DNA from: Octopus sinensis
Lineage: Eukaryota
Direction: 5' to 3'
NCBI RefSeq assembly: GCF_006345805.1
Contig: NC_043004.1
Coordinates: 33,728,001-33,792,000, forward strand
DNA: 64,000 nt
The position numbers were made by a program, and so were the translations under genes. The notes under the pieces were generated by a model that worked only from the letters and a program-made list of their open reading frames with translations, was not told the DNA's origin and did not search any database. Positions 25,915 to 39,235 of this stretch are shown in pieces (position 1 is the first letter of the stretch; the number at the start of each line of letters is the position of its first letter).

Positions 25915-26310
25915 CCTTTCTACTATAGGCACAAGGCCTAAAATTTTTTGGGGGGAGGGGGAGTCGATTAGATCGACCCCAGTACACAACTGGTATTTAA
26001 TTTATCGAACTCGAGAGCACAAAAGGAAAAGTTGACCTTGGAGGAATTTGAACTCAGAACATAGCAGCAGACGAGATTCCTATTTCTTTACTATCCACAA
26101 GGGGCTAAACACAGAGGGGACAAACAAAGACAGACAAACGGATTAAGTCGATTATATCGACCCCAGTGCGTAACTGGTACTTATTTAATCGACCCCGAAA
26201 GGATGAAAGGCAAAGTCGACCTTGGCGGAATTTGAACTCAGAACGTAGTGACAGACGAAATACTGCAAAGCATTTTGCCCAGTGTGCTAACAATTCTGCC
26301 ACCTCGCCAG
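25915..26310 (-). mobile_element. Two SINE B units joined head to tail with different 3' ends
   Basis: 26080-26310 ends ...gtggatagtaaagaaata; 25915-26080 ends ...ggccttgtgcctatagtagaaagg. Confidence 0.85.
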
Positions 26311-26417
26311 CTTCTATATTTCTCTTAACCAATGGTACATAATTTATTTAGATGTATCCAGGCCATAAAAAATATGACAGACAATTATTGTAATCAATTT
26401 GTTTGGATTAATCATTC

Positions 26418-26982
26418 TACGAGGGTGAGTCAAAAAGTAATGCCATTTTGATTAGGACAGGTATAATTACCAACACAGAAACATACACAGTATCATACAT
26501 CAAAATGAAGCTGGTAATCTTTGGATCATATCCCTACTTCTCAACATAGTCACTACTTCTGTCAATAGCATTGCTCCATCTTTGAATGAGAGCATGTATC
26601 CCTACTCCGTAAAATTCTGTTGACTGTTCTTTGAGCCACTTCTTCACTACAGTTTTCACTTCCTCGTCACTGGAATAATGTTTGCCTCTCAAACCCTCTT
26701 TTGTGGTGCCAAAGAGATGATAGTCTGAAGGAGTTAAATCTGGTGAGTGTGGAGGTAGTGAAGAAGTGGTTCAAAAAACAGTCAGCAGAATTTTATGGCG
26801 CAGGAATACATGCTCTCATTTGAAGGTGGAACATTGCTATTGAGAGAAACGGTGACTATGTTGAGAAGTAGTGATAAGATTCACAGAGGACTAGCTTCAG
26901 TTTGATGTATGATACATGTTCCTGTGTTGGTAATTATACCTGTTCTAAACAATATGGCATTACTTTTTGACTCACCCTCGTA
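26418..26982. mobile_element. Foldback mariner derivative made of two transposase 3' ends
   Basis: TA-flanked TIRs tacgagggtgagtcaaaaagtaatgcca; left arm (-) encodes PPHSPDLTPSDYHLF...DYVEK*, right arm (+) VKKWFKKQSAEFY...GDYVEK*. Confidence 0.9.
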
Positions 26983-27746
26983 GTTATGAAATAAAATTTT
27001 TGCCTATTTTTAAAAACTGGGTTCAGATTTTTAACCAGCATTTGCTTTCTCTCATAATGGTGAATCATTTTAAGCAATGGAGAAAGTATAAAAATGAAGT
27101 AATTTCGATTCATTTTCTTTTATTTATAGTTTGGGTCAACTTCTAAGACTAAAAATTTAAGTTACGCTTAGTTTAAGTTATGAGGGTGAAAAAAAAATCT
27201 GCTTGTTGAAACGTCACAAAAGAAATTACAATTCTTTATTTAATATAGAAAAAGAAAATTGATTAAATGATGCTGGTATTACATGCAAATCACACACACA
27301 CAGATTATACACACAAAGAATCTAGGGTTGTGTGTATGTGTATACATATATATGCAAGTACATATATGTTTGCGTGCATATATATATATATATATGTATG
27401 AGTGTACACAACACATACACATAAACAGAGGCAGACATAATTAGAAGACTATCAGACAAAAATGCCTTAGAGTATTTTATATATGTAATTATGTTTTTAT
27501 AATTCTTCCCTGCAGCCAAAATGTCTTCTTTTTTTTTTTTACAAAACTATTTACTGTTTTGGCAGGTTTGCTCTTCAAATATTGCCTAACGCTTTTTATG
27601 CACCACATAGTTTATTGTTACTCCACAAATGATTTAAGCTGAATGTTAACATTGCCAATTTATATTTGAAAGTATTTATGTATGTGTGTGTGTGTATGCG
27701 TGCATGTGTGTATATATATATGTGTGTGTGTCTGTCTGTCTTTATT

Positions 27747-27785
<39 letters not shown>

Positions 27786-28189
27786 TATATACACACATAT
27801 ATAATATATACACACACATATATATATGTATATGTATATATGTATGTATATATATAGTATGTAGATAGATTTACAAATCAATCTGTGTTCTTATGAAACA
27901 CATCACCATATTCCAGTATTCCAAAGTATATTTGAAGATGTTATATTTTCTAAGAGAATTGGAAATACTGCAGAATACTGCAAAATATCGGTAAATAGTT
28001 TTTGCAGAGTAATTACATATCAAGTCACGACTGGAAAACTTTTGATATCATTAATTCCCCATTACATATGTTTCACTTCTAATAGGTGTTACATTGGTAA
28101 TTCCTGCTTGTAATGAACCATCTACAATGGACAATAAATAATTTTCCAAAATTTTCCATTCATGTGTTTTCATATAAATATCTCTCCAT

Positions 28190-28192
28190 CTA

Positions 28193-28285
<93 letters not shown>

Positions 28286-28362
28286 ATACATACATACACA
28301 CACACATACATACATACATACATACATACATACATACATACATACATACATACATACATACA
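28190..28362. repeat. (TCTG)/(TATC)/(CATA) compound microsatellite
   Basis: Direct inspection. Confidence 0.95.
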
Positions 28363-29614
28363 TTTGTCTTCACATTCTAGTTCAAATTCTGTCAAGGTCG
28401 ACTTTACCTTTCAGGTAAATAAATTAAGTACCAGTGAAACATTGGTGGGGGGGGGTGTCAATGTAATTGACTAGTCCTAAATTTCAGGCTTTGTGTCTAT
28501 AGTAGAAAGGATATTATTATTATTAATAGTGTGGTGAGCTGGCAGGATTATTAGCGAGTCAGAAAATACTTAATGGCATTTCTTCTGACCATTTACGTCC
28601 TGAACTCAGATCCTGCCAAGATCAACCTTGCCCTTCATCCTTTTGGTGCTGATAAAATAAAATACCAGTGATGAACAAGGGTTGGTTCAATCAACTTGAC
28701 CCTCTCCTCAAAAACTGCTGATCTGTTGCCTAAATCAAAAACTATTATTATCACTACTATTCATAGACTGGAAGATTTGGTATATCACCTGGTAAATACC
28801 TTATAGCATTAAGTTAGTTCCCTATACGCTTTCTGTTTCCAAATTATGTTGAGGTCAACTTGCATTTTTCAAAGGGTCAATAAAATAAATACCATTATCA
28901 ATAAAATACATACCTATATGATCTTGGGTCAATCAATTGATTCTGCTTCCACTACTAATATGTTAGCTGCGTGTCAGAGAAAGAAATTATATTTTTAAGG
29001 AAGATGACCCAAACCATAACCAATCCTTACCAATTCTAACATTTTTTTTTGATGATGCTTCTAACTTCCCTTGACATGCTATTTTCCCTTCCGTTTTGTC
29101 AGGGTTCTTTGATGAGTGTTACTGATTGGCACTAATATTTTTGGTAAAATTCTTAAAGCATTATATTGAAAAATGCGTCAGTCTATTAGTTACATCAATA
29201 GCTGCAATCATAACAGTGACAACAGAACCAACAATACTAATAATAGGATGAGAAAAGAGTGCCACAACGGAGAGTTTGGTATATTGTTTTTATGTTTTGG
29301 CAAAAGATCAGTAAATTTTAGGGTGAGGGTTAGTGGATTACATCAAACCGCAGTCCTCGTTTTATTGACTCTGAAAGGATAACTGGAAGAATCAACTCTG
29401 GCAGCATTTAAACTCAGAATGTAAAGTCAGCTAAGCATTTTTTCCCTTGTACATTAAGGATTCTTCTAACTCAGAGAGATCTGCATATTAAAAACCACAT
29501 TTAATAAAGTCTTACAAATATAATAATTTTGAGTTGAAAATTTTTGATTTCTTGAGATTAATTTTTAATGCAATCTGTAAAGAAAAATTCTGACTGAAGG
29601 TATTTAAAGTCTCA

Positions 29615-29848
29615 AGGCGGAAAGCTGGCAGAAACGTTAGCACGCCAGGTGAAATGCTTAGCAGGATTTCATCTGCTGCTACATTCTGAGTTCAAATTCC
29701 ACCGAGGTCGACTTTGCCTTTCATCCTTTTGGGGTCGATAAATTAAGTACCAGTTATGCACTGGGGTCGATATAATCGACTTAATCCGTTTGTCTGTCTT
29801 TGTTTGTCCTCTCTGTATTTAGCCCCTTGTGGGTAGTAAATAAATAGG
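29615..29848 (+). mobile_element. SINE family B, full length
   Basis: A box tggcagaaacg, B box gagttcaaattcc, central gcctttcatccttttggggtcgataaattaagtacc. Confidence 0.9.
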
Positions 29849-29851
29849 TAT

Positions 29852-30079
29852 TTAACTCTTTCAATACCAACCCGGCTGAAATCAGCTCTAGTTCTGAGTA
29901 CAAATGTCTTGTTTTCATAAGTTTTGAATTAAAATCTTCCACCTAACCTTAGTGACATTTTATGTTCCTAAAACTAGCTGAATGACAACTAAGTTATTTT
30001 ACTAAATTCTTTATTATATTTAAAGTAATTGAAAAAAAAACAGAGCACTTCAAAATAAATACAGTAACGAAAGGGTTAA
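29852..30079. mobile_element. piggyBac-type MITE (TTAA-flanked)
   Basis: ttaa-ctctttc ... gaaaggg-ttaa; related to 8585-8822 in the opposite orientation. Confidence 0.65.
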
Positions 30080-31129
30080 AGTCTTAAAATGACAATAAAG
30101 GGAGATAACTGAAATAAAATCACTACTCGAAAAATGTTTTTATTAGAAATGAAGACGTTGCAAACGTGAGCTTAGCTCAGTTTGTTGAAGATTTTTTTCT
30201 CTTTTTTAACTCACTACTTTACAAATATGAAACTCTGGCAAGAGTAGCAATATTAACGGCAACAAATCAAGTTTATAAAGAGAAGAAAAAGAATTGCTTT
30301 GTCAATTGGATAAAGAATGAAGTCAGTGTAAAAATGTGTGCTATCTCAGATATTTAGCATGTTTCAATGGTTATCCTTGCTCTTTGAAGTAACTTATCAA
30401 CATTTACTGTTAAATCTAAAAAGATTAACCGTGCTTTCATTTCTGCATAATATCTTCTGTGATATTTTTTTTTCTCTCTTCCTCTGTTTGTCTTTCATTA
30501 ATAAGATGAAATATTCTGTGCCACAAATAACAAAGAAAATGTTCTTGGTTTTCTTTTTGCGCAAAAGACTACATTTATAAATAATGAATTTTTAAAGAAA
30601 AAATATATATCCAAAATCAAGAGAAAGATATTGGAAATTATATTTTAATTAAAACTCTTTCACTTTTGGTTTCCTTTGATTTACAAAAGTAGATGCCAAG
30701 AAAATAAATGAATTGTTTTCTACATCTCAATTTGTTGTTGTTGTTTTTGTTACTGTACTGATGTGGATTAATAAAGTACACATGTTCAGATATGTATGTG
30801 TTGTTGTTGCTGCTGCTGCTGTTGTTGTTGCTGTTTCTGTTGTATGACGCAGTTGAATTAGACATCCTCCAGATAAGTGAATGCTTTGACTAATGCAGTA
30901 ACTTATTTCAAAGTTCCTCTGTTTCTATAAAAAAACGGTAAAATTTCATTCCATTTATCAAAGAGAAGTAGTTGCTATTTTCAATATTTAGCCCTTGGAA
31001 AGCTGCAAGCAGGCAGAACCAATAGTCAAAATTTGAGGTCATCATCATCATCATCATCATCATGAAGATGGTGAATCGTTAGCAGAATTGTTAGCATGTT
31101 TGGTGAAATGCTTAGCAGCATTTTGTCTA

Positions 31130-31378
31130 TTCTTTTATTCTTTGATTTGTTTCAGTCATTTGACTGCGGCCATGATGGAGCACTGTCTTTAGTTGAACAA
31201 ATCAACTCCAGGACTTATTCTTTGTAAGCCTAGTACGTATTCTATTGGTCTTTTCAGCTGAACTGCTAAGTTACGGGGACGTAAACACACCAACATCAGT
31301 TGTCAAGTGATGGTAGAGGGACAAATACAGACACACAAATACATATACATACATATATATATATATGCATATATATAT

Positions 31379-31428
<50 letters not shown>

Positions 31429-31597
31429 ATATATATTATATATATATATTATATGCTGGGCTTCTTTCAGTTTCCATCTCCCAAATCCACTGAACAGGCT
31501 TTAGTCAGCCCAAGGCTATAGTAGAAGACACTTGCCCAAGGTGCCACACAATAGGAATGAACCTGGAACGATGAGTTTGGGAAGCTAGCTTTTCTAA
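31130..31597 (-). mobile_element. SINE family A
   Basis: Family tail, body and head recognisable. Confidence 0.85.
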
Positions 31598-31839
31598 CAG
31601 GTCAAAAAACTATATGAAGGCTCCCAGAATAGCTTGATGAAAGAGAAAAGTTTGACTCTTTAGAGGTTGTGTTGATGATGGTGATGAGGATGATGATGGC
31701 TCAGGAAATGTGTCAAGCCCAGCAGGAAATGGTGTTTCCTAGGGCTAAATAACAGTAGCATTCTTCCCTTTTATGGGACTGTCACGTTAAGTTGACAACA
31801 TACTATTACAATAATAATGATAATAATAATAATAATAAC

Positions 31840-32360
31840 AATCCTTTCTATATGGGTACACAGCCTGGATTTTGTGGGGAGGGGGAATGTCGAACACATT
31901 GGCACCAACACTCAACTGGTACTTAATTTATCAACCCTGAAAGGTTAAAAGGCAAAATAGATGTTGGTGAAATTTGAACTCAGAACGTTGCGGCAGATGA
32001 AATGCTGAAAAGTATTTTGCCTAGCATGCTAACGATTCTGCCAGCTTGTCACCATAAGAGTTTGAACTAAGAACTCAAAAACAGATGAAATACCAGAAAG
32101 CATTTGCCCAACTTGCTAACAGTTAAAAAAGCAAGAAAAAAATATTGATTTCAAATTTTGATGCAAGGCCAGCTGTTTTGAAGGGAGGGGATAAATCGAT
32201 TACATCAACCCCCAGTACTCAAATGGTATTTATTTTATCGACTCCAAAATGATGAAAGGGAAAGTCAACCTCAGCAGAATTTGAACTCAGAACATAAAGA
32301 CAGGCGAGATGCTACTAAGCATTTTGTCTGACACGCAAACGATTCTGCCAGTTTACTTTC
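31840..32360 (-). mobile_element. Cluster of older SINE B copies
   Basis: Repeated gaatttgaactcagaac and gattctgccag motifs at about 31840-32050 and 32145-32360. Confidence 0.75.
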
Positions 32361-32971
32361 CTAAGCACGTTAAATAATAGAAACATTACATCTGTATGCA
32401 GTAGCGAATTAGTTCTGTAATTAGTTCCAACTTGTAAATTAGACCCCCATCATTTCAAATTAGTCCAAATTCCCAAATTAACCCAAGTTTCCTTGGTGGT
32501 TCAATTGCTGTCACTGGTTTCTGTTTCCTCGAAGCAATTCTCATGTTTCAAGCAAGTTTCAAAAGTGCAAAAACATTATTCAGAATATACTTTTTCAGAT
32601 CTCATCCAACTGATACAAACTAAATTACAAGAAGAAAATTAACTAACGAATTAATTAATGTCTAATTTTAGAGATTTTCAAAAAGTTCTTTTTATTTTAT
32701 TTATTTATTTATTTTTTGATGTGAGAGTTCTTTTGAGTGTCTTCTACAAGTTTCCACTGGACTCGGCATTAAACTAATTATTTGGAAACTAATTCACAAA
32801 TTCCTTCGTTACTCCCCAACCTTATGACTAATCATGCTGCTTTCATTCTTAATTTGACTTTTCTAAGAAATACTGATTGACTTCCTCACCGTTGTCTTGT
32901 CAATTATTATTATTATCATTATCATTATCATCATCATCATCATCATTATTATTATTATTATCATTATTATT

Positions 32972-33013
<42 letters not shown>

Positions 33014-33489
33014 GTTGTTGTTGTTGTTGTTGTTGTTGCTGTTGTTAGTCCTTTGTGCAGCAGATAAAGGGCTTCAATCACTTTCTATTTTAATGCTGCT
33101 TTTCGCAGTATCAGTTTTGTTATTCATTATCAAAATCCCGCCAAAACTCTTTTATACTTTCTCGTTGCTTTGTCTCAAGTTAAAATCATCATGAGGTTCT
33201 TCACGATAATCATCATCATTATCTCTCTCGTCTCCCATAGCAGACATCATCAACATCCGATTCTTTGTAAGCGCCAACACTCCCCATCATCACCTCCAAA
33301 CCCTTTCGCCATCTCCACATCTCCATCAAAAACTTATAACAAAACCACTTCTATTGATATCATTGCCAACGCTATCACCAACACTGTAGCTCTCACAACT
33401 ATAACAACAACAACAACAACAGCAACAACAACAGTAATGATATTAGTCTGCTTTGTTGTTTCATTAATTCCCTTGTTGCTGTATTTGTT

Positions 33490-33511
33490 ATCATATCATC
33501 ATCATCATCAG

Positions 33512-33589
<78 letters not shown>

Positions 33590-33729
33590 AATCGTCGTCG
33601 TCATCATCATCGTCGTCATCATCATCATCATCATCGTCATCATCATCATCATCATCGTCACCATCATCATCGTCGTCGTCATCATCATCGTCATCATCAT
33701 CATCATCATCGTCATCATCATCATCATCG

Positions 33730-33767
<38 letters not shown>

Positions 33768-33780
33768 GTAATCATCATCG
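33490..33780. repeat. (CAT)n/(CGT)n microsatellite
   Basis: Direct inspection; source of the poly-His/Asp/Met ORFs. Confidence 0.97.
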
Positions 33781-35444
33781 CTATTAAACTTTTTCTGTTC
33801 CTCTTTGCCTTCATTATTATCATCCTCCTCATCGCTAGCATAAAGATAGAGATGTTGCTGTTGTTGGTGATGGTCAAATATGGATGAAATTGAAAATGGC
33901 TTAAGCAATGATGATGCAGTTTTGCCAGCGTAAAAGATAAAAGATAGACTGATAAGCAAACATAACCATGAATCTGGTTTGCCTTATCACAACCTTTACA
34001 TCTATAAAACAAGCAAGAAAATGGGATCAAACCATAACAAGGTACTAAAGGATTAAGGGAAAATTCTTGTATTTAAAAATTTTTCTTTATTTGCTTTTTC
34101 CCTTATCAAACTACTTTCCTTTGCCGGATGACTATCTCTCTTCCAGTTTTATCTCTTTATTTTTTCCATTCTATTATAATAAAAATGCTTTATTGCAGAA
34201 AAGGATGTCAGAATATATAGAATTCTTCAATATGGTATTTTATAATCATGAGATCTTCTCTTAAAAGACAGCAACAAATTTGTCAAGAATTTGCTGTTTT
34301 CTGAGGTAAATTGGGTGACTTTTGACATCAAGAAGAAGATGATCATTGTGGTGGTCATGGTTGTAATGGTGCTTCTGAGGATCAAAGATGTTGGTGGTAG
34401 TGTATTTGTGGAGAGTCACTGGATGGTGCTTCTACAGGTAAAAGATGATGGTGAAGACAAATATAGTTTATTATGTTATGGCTTATTATGATGATGATGG
34501 TGATGATGTTTTGCATGACTTCAAATATTGATGATTAAAAAATAAAAATAAGTCATGCCTGATCTTAAAAGGACAAAACTATTGAACTAGCAATCTGTTA
34601 CACTTGATCTCCTATGAGTGATTTACTGTAAATATAGAATCACAGAGAGATTAATGTTCCCTTGTATAAGATGACAGATTATTGAAGGAGACACTTTCCA
34701 GGTAATCTGAGACATGTTCTTGATCATGAAATGAGTTGAGACAATGAAATAAAAGTTCCTCTTAAATATGGCACCACTCACTTAACCTTTGTTTCAATAT
34801 GAAGTTTTTGAGTAATTTATTCTCTAAAATAGGGATCAGTAACTTCTTTTTATGACAGCCCAGTTTTAATCTTTTTTAAATTTATCCATGGTCCACATGT
34901 GTATTATATTCTAAGTGCAAGTATGGCTGTGTGGTAAGAAGCTTGCTTCCCAATGACATAGCTCTGAGTTCATTCCCACTGTGTGCAACCTTGGGTAAAT
35001 GCTTTCTACTATGGCCTTGGGCTGACCAAAGTCTTGTGAGTGGATCTGCAAGATAGAAACTGAAAGAAGCCCATCACACACATGAATAATTCAACTAAGC
35101 TTATCCTTAATTTGACTTTTAATGGCCCAAGAGTTGAGGTTCTGGGTTCGTGGTCATAAGATCCTGGCTTAAGTTCCTGGATGGAGCTATACTTTGTGTC
35201 CTTGAGCAAGACACATCATCTTATATTGTTTACTCAGCTGAAAATGAATACCAGCTGAGTATTGGGGAGTCTGCTCTCCCTTCAGCTGTCACATCCTTGA
35301 TACTCTGCTGGGTGAAGGGTGGGAGAGCCAAGAAGGTGTCTCTATTTGTTCATGATAACAGGCACCCAAAACACTGAGCAAAGTGTACCTGGGCATATAC
35401 TCTTGTGAGTGATGTGGATGTTCTGCCTCTTACTCTACATATAT

Positions 35445-35655
35445 TGGTTTCAAATTTCGGCACAAGGCCAGAAATTTTGTGGGAGAGCATATGTCAATTA
35501 GATCAATTCCCAGTATATCACTGGTACTTAATTTATCAACCCTGAAAGGATGAAAGACAAAGTTGACCTGAGTGGAATTTGAACTCAGAATGTAAAGATA
35601 AAAGAAATGCCACAAAGCATTTAGTCCAGTGTTCTAACGATTCTGCCAGCTTCCT
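35445..35655 (-). mobile_element. SINE family B (alternative tail)
   Basis: ggtttcaaatttcggcacaaggcc...gaaaggatgaaagac...gattctgccagc. Confidence 0.8.
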
Positions 35656-35959
35656 GCTGCCTTAGTTAGACAAAATATATTGATTTTGAATTTTGGCTAA
35701 AGGCCAGCAGTTTTTGAGGGGAGGGGACAAGTTAACTACATCAACCGCAGTGCTCAGCTGGAACTTATTTTATCGGCCCCTAAATATTAACATCAGTGTA
35801 CTTAATATACTATAAAATAATTTTTTTTTTCCAGAAGCATAAGCACTCACCAGAGATTTGAACATAGAATCTATGAGAAAGTCACCCAGTAACTTATCTG
35901 CATGATTGCTATATCCCTACATATTATAGATATGACTTCATATTGTTCCACTCTGGATA

Positions 35960-36160
35960 TCATCATTATCATCATCATCATCATCATTGTTTAACATCCA
36001 TTTTCCATGCTGGTATGGGTTGGATGGTTTGACTGAGGTCTGGAGAGCCAGTGACTGCACCAGGCTCCAATCTAATCTGGCAAAGTTTCTACAGCTGGAT
36101 GCCCTTCCTAATGCCAACCTCTCCAACAAAGTAGTGGGTGCTTTTTATGTGCCACCAGCA
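35960..36160 (-). mobile_element. RTE-type 3'UTR fragment with (GAT)n tail
   Basis: Reverse complement of the family at 60205-60435. Confidence 0.85.
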
Positions 36161-38169
36161 CAGGAACCATTCAGGAGCGCCTGGCATCGATCGCCTTTGG
36201 ATGGTGCTATTACTTTCTCTCAGTCAGGGCTATTACTCTCACTACTTCTCCTTCACTGAATTACTATTTTCTCTTTTCCTCCGTATTTGGCATGATTCTG
36301 GACAAATACATATACAAATACAAATATATAAAAACTCTACACATTATTATATTAGGAGATTGCATTAAAAAAACTGTTAAAATATGTTTTGTATTGCAAT
36401 TTTTGCACATAAATTTTAACAACATAATCTTTTGGGGACCTCCCAAGGGTCACCTGGATCCACTGGCATAGCTGGGAGCACTTTTAAAGGGGTGGCACTT
36501 TTCATCCTGTTGCAAGTTACTGTTGTAGGCAATAGTTGTTTTTTGTGGGGTTCGGGAGCAGAAAACAGAGGGACTGCCCTGGGCAGCACACACTCTAGCT
36601 ACACTAGTGCCTGAACCCTGTTTGAGAACCAGTCCTCTAGATGAATAAGAAGGTGCAGCCACAAAGGAAATGGTTTTGGTTATAGAATTTTGTTTTTGCC
36701 AGTTAGGTGCTGACTTGAAGCTACCTGCAGCAGCAGCAACAGCCGTTCAAGAGTTTGGATCTGGAGATCTCCTTTTCCAGTGACTTCAAGGGCCACTTCC
36801 TAGTGGTGTCAGGTGTCAACGAAGAGCCCTCGACTACAAGACGACCAAAGTTTTTTTTTCCAAGGTCTGGGGTCTCCTGCCCCTAAGCCCTAGACCATCA
36901 TCTAATCACCCTTACCCATCTTGTCGCTTAACAACAACAACAATAACACCAACAATAACAACAATTAAATTTATGCTAGCCAGGTTAATTAACTCCTAAT
37001 GTTTGGAAATATGTATTCAAATCTAAATCAGAGAACAGGGTCTGATTGTGTTACTACTAAATGAGAACCTGCTAAATTCGAACTTGCATCAAAAAGGTTG
37101 TCAGTCTGGCATTTTATCTTTTGCGGTCATGATCCCTAAATTTATTTGAAAGCAGCACTAAATGCATGTCCTTATATGGAAAGCAGAATGGCATTGGAGA
37201 GGTTAAACTGTTTACAGCAATGCCAGGAGATTCAACAAACCGTTGGTCTGAGAGTGGCAAAGATTAAGTGGTGTGGCTGTGACATGTGGATTCGATAAAT
37301 TTTCTACTGAAAAGAAAGAGTGAATGGAAAAGTGAAGACGAGATGAAAGGTAAACGAAGCTGAACAGCTTCCTGAACAACCAACGTTAACAATATGAAGA
37401 GTCAACTGACTTTACTGTTTACTGTAATAGCAGATCAAAGTTGGTCAGATCACAACCTTTCTCGCTCTCTCTCTCTCTCTCTCTCTCTCCCTCCCTCCCT
37501 CTCTCTCTCTCTCTCTCTTTCCTCATCTTTGGCATCTCTTACCATACCCCTCTTTCACACCCAGCTCTCCTTCTTTTCCCCTCCCTCCTTCTCCCTCTTC
37601 ATTTCTTTTCTAAGTTGTCTTTTCTTTCTCTATATCTGTTACTCTTTCACAGTGACTACTTTTCAGTCAAATTGATGCTAACAGCCACACACACACCCAC
37701 ACACATACACAGACACAGACACACACAGACACACACTCTTTCTCTCTCTCTAAATTTATATAAATACATATATATCTTTCATTATTTCTTTCTTCTCATT
37801 CTTTCCCTTTCAATCTGTCTCCCCATCTCTTTTACTCAACTCCATTGTTTGTCATCTCTCTCACTATCTCTATCTTCCTTTATCTGTCTTTATTTCATTC
37901 TCCCTCTCCCTCCCTCCCCCCTCTCTCTCTGTCTTCAGTCTTCTTCCTAATTATTTTTCCTTGTGTCTGCCTATCCTTCTCTCATTTATATCAGTCTTTC
38001 AGTCTCTCTCTCTTTCTTTCCCTATCACTATGTTTATATCGTTTGTCACCTCAAATCTTGCTGTCTTTCTTCTCCCATTTTAATCTATCAGTCTTTCTCT
38101 CTAACATGTTGCTGCTCTCTCTTTCTCAGAATCCAGCTATCTGTTTGTCTATCTCTCTGTCTGTCCAAC

Positions 38170-38204
38170 TCTCTATCTACATATCTATCTAAACAGTCTG
38201 TCTG

Positions 38205-38258
<54 letters not shown>

Positions 38259-38280
38259 CCACCATCTATATGTCTGTCTG

Positions 38281-38367
<87 letters not shown>
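38170..38367. repeat. (TATC)n microsatellite, 5' flank of the Tx1-like insertions
   Basis: Direct inspection. Confidence 0.97.
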
Positions 38368-39131
38368 GCACGCCCTCGTGCAGTGTCCAGCCATTTCCGA
38401 CCTGTGGGCTTATGTCGGACGACTGCTGTCACGCGTGGGACGAGTCGGTTTATCAACCGAGTCTATCGTTAATATCGTCACGCCTCCTTCCTTCAAACGG
38501 GAAGGAAGAGCTATTTTTATCATCCTTGTGGCTATGGCGAAAGAATGTATCTGGTGGACGCGTCTGAAAGGATTAGAGACAAACACTTTCCTCTCTGGTC
38601 AATCTCTCATCAACTTCTTCAAGTATCACTTGAAGAAAAAGTGAGAGTAGAGAGGCAAGTTTTGTCTAGTGAATGTTTTAAAAAAGATGGGAGAATGTAG
38701 CAAGGATGGCACGTATGAATGACGAAGCCACCTTGACTATGATTCTATGAACCGTAAAAATTAATACAGAGAGTTGCTTATTGCAAAAAAAAAAAAAGAA
38801 ATATAACATGTGACTTCATTGACCGAGGTTACCGTGGTCTTTTCCGTAGGCTTTTCTTTCCACGGGTAAACCTCACCTGTCCTCCCCTTTACACTTCATA
38901 TTGACATTTCTGTGATAACGATCCCTATTGATCAATTTTTTTTTCCTCTCCCCCCTTTTTTTTAACCTCTTTCTCTCCTTTTACGATCCCTTTTGATCGA
39001 CCCCCCTTTTTTATTTTATTTTATTATTATTATTATTATTTTTTAATTTTTTTTTTAAACCTTCAAAAGAAAAGCTCTACCTTGTAATTTGTTCTATCTG
39101 TGTGCAGCCCTGTGTGGCTAATAAAGAAACA
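38368..39131 (+). mobile_element. L1/Tx1-clade LINE, 5'-truncated copy 1
   Basis: Open frame [16 protein letters not shown]...LTMIL* (stop 38748-38750); T-rich 3'UTR ending gtggctaataaagaaac; homologous to the end of copy 2. Confidence 0.85.
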
Positions 39132-39187
39132 TATCTATCTATCTAATCTATCTATCTATCTATCTATTTGTCTGTCTGTCTGTCTTA

Positions 39188-39234
<47 letters not shown>

Positions 39235-39235
<1 letters not shown>

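Noticed and set aside
37080-37350. Minus-strand polypyrimidine/AG acceptor near 37308 as a coding exon
   Set aside because: All three frames close within about 100 nt and there is no clear donor
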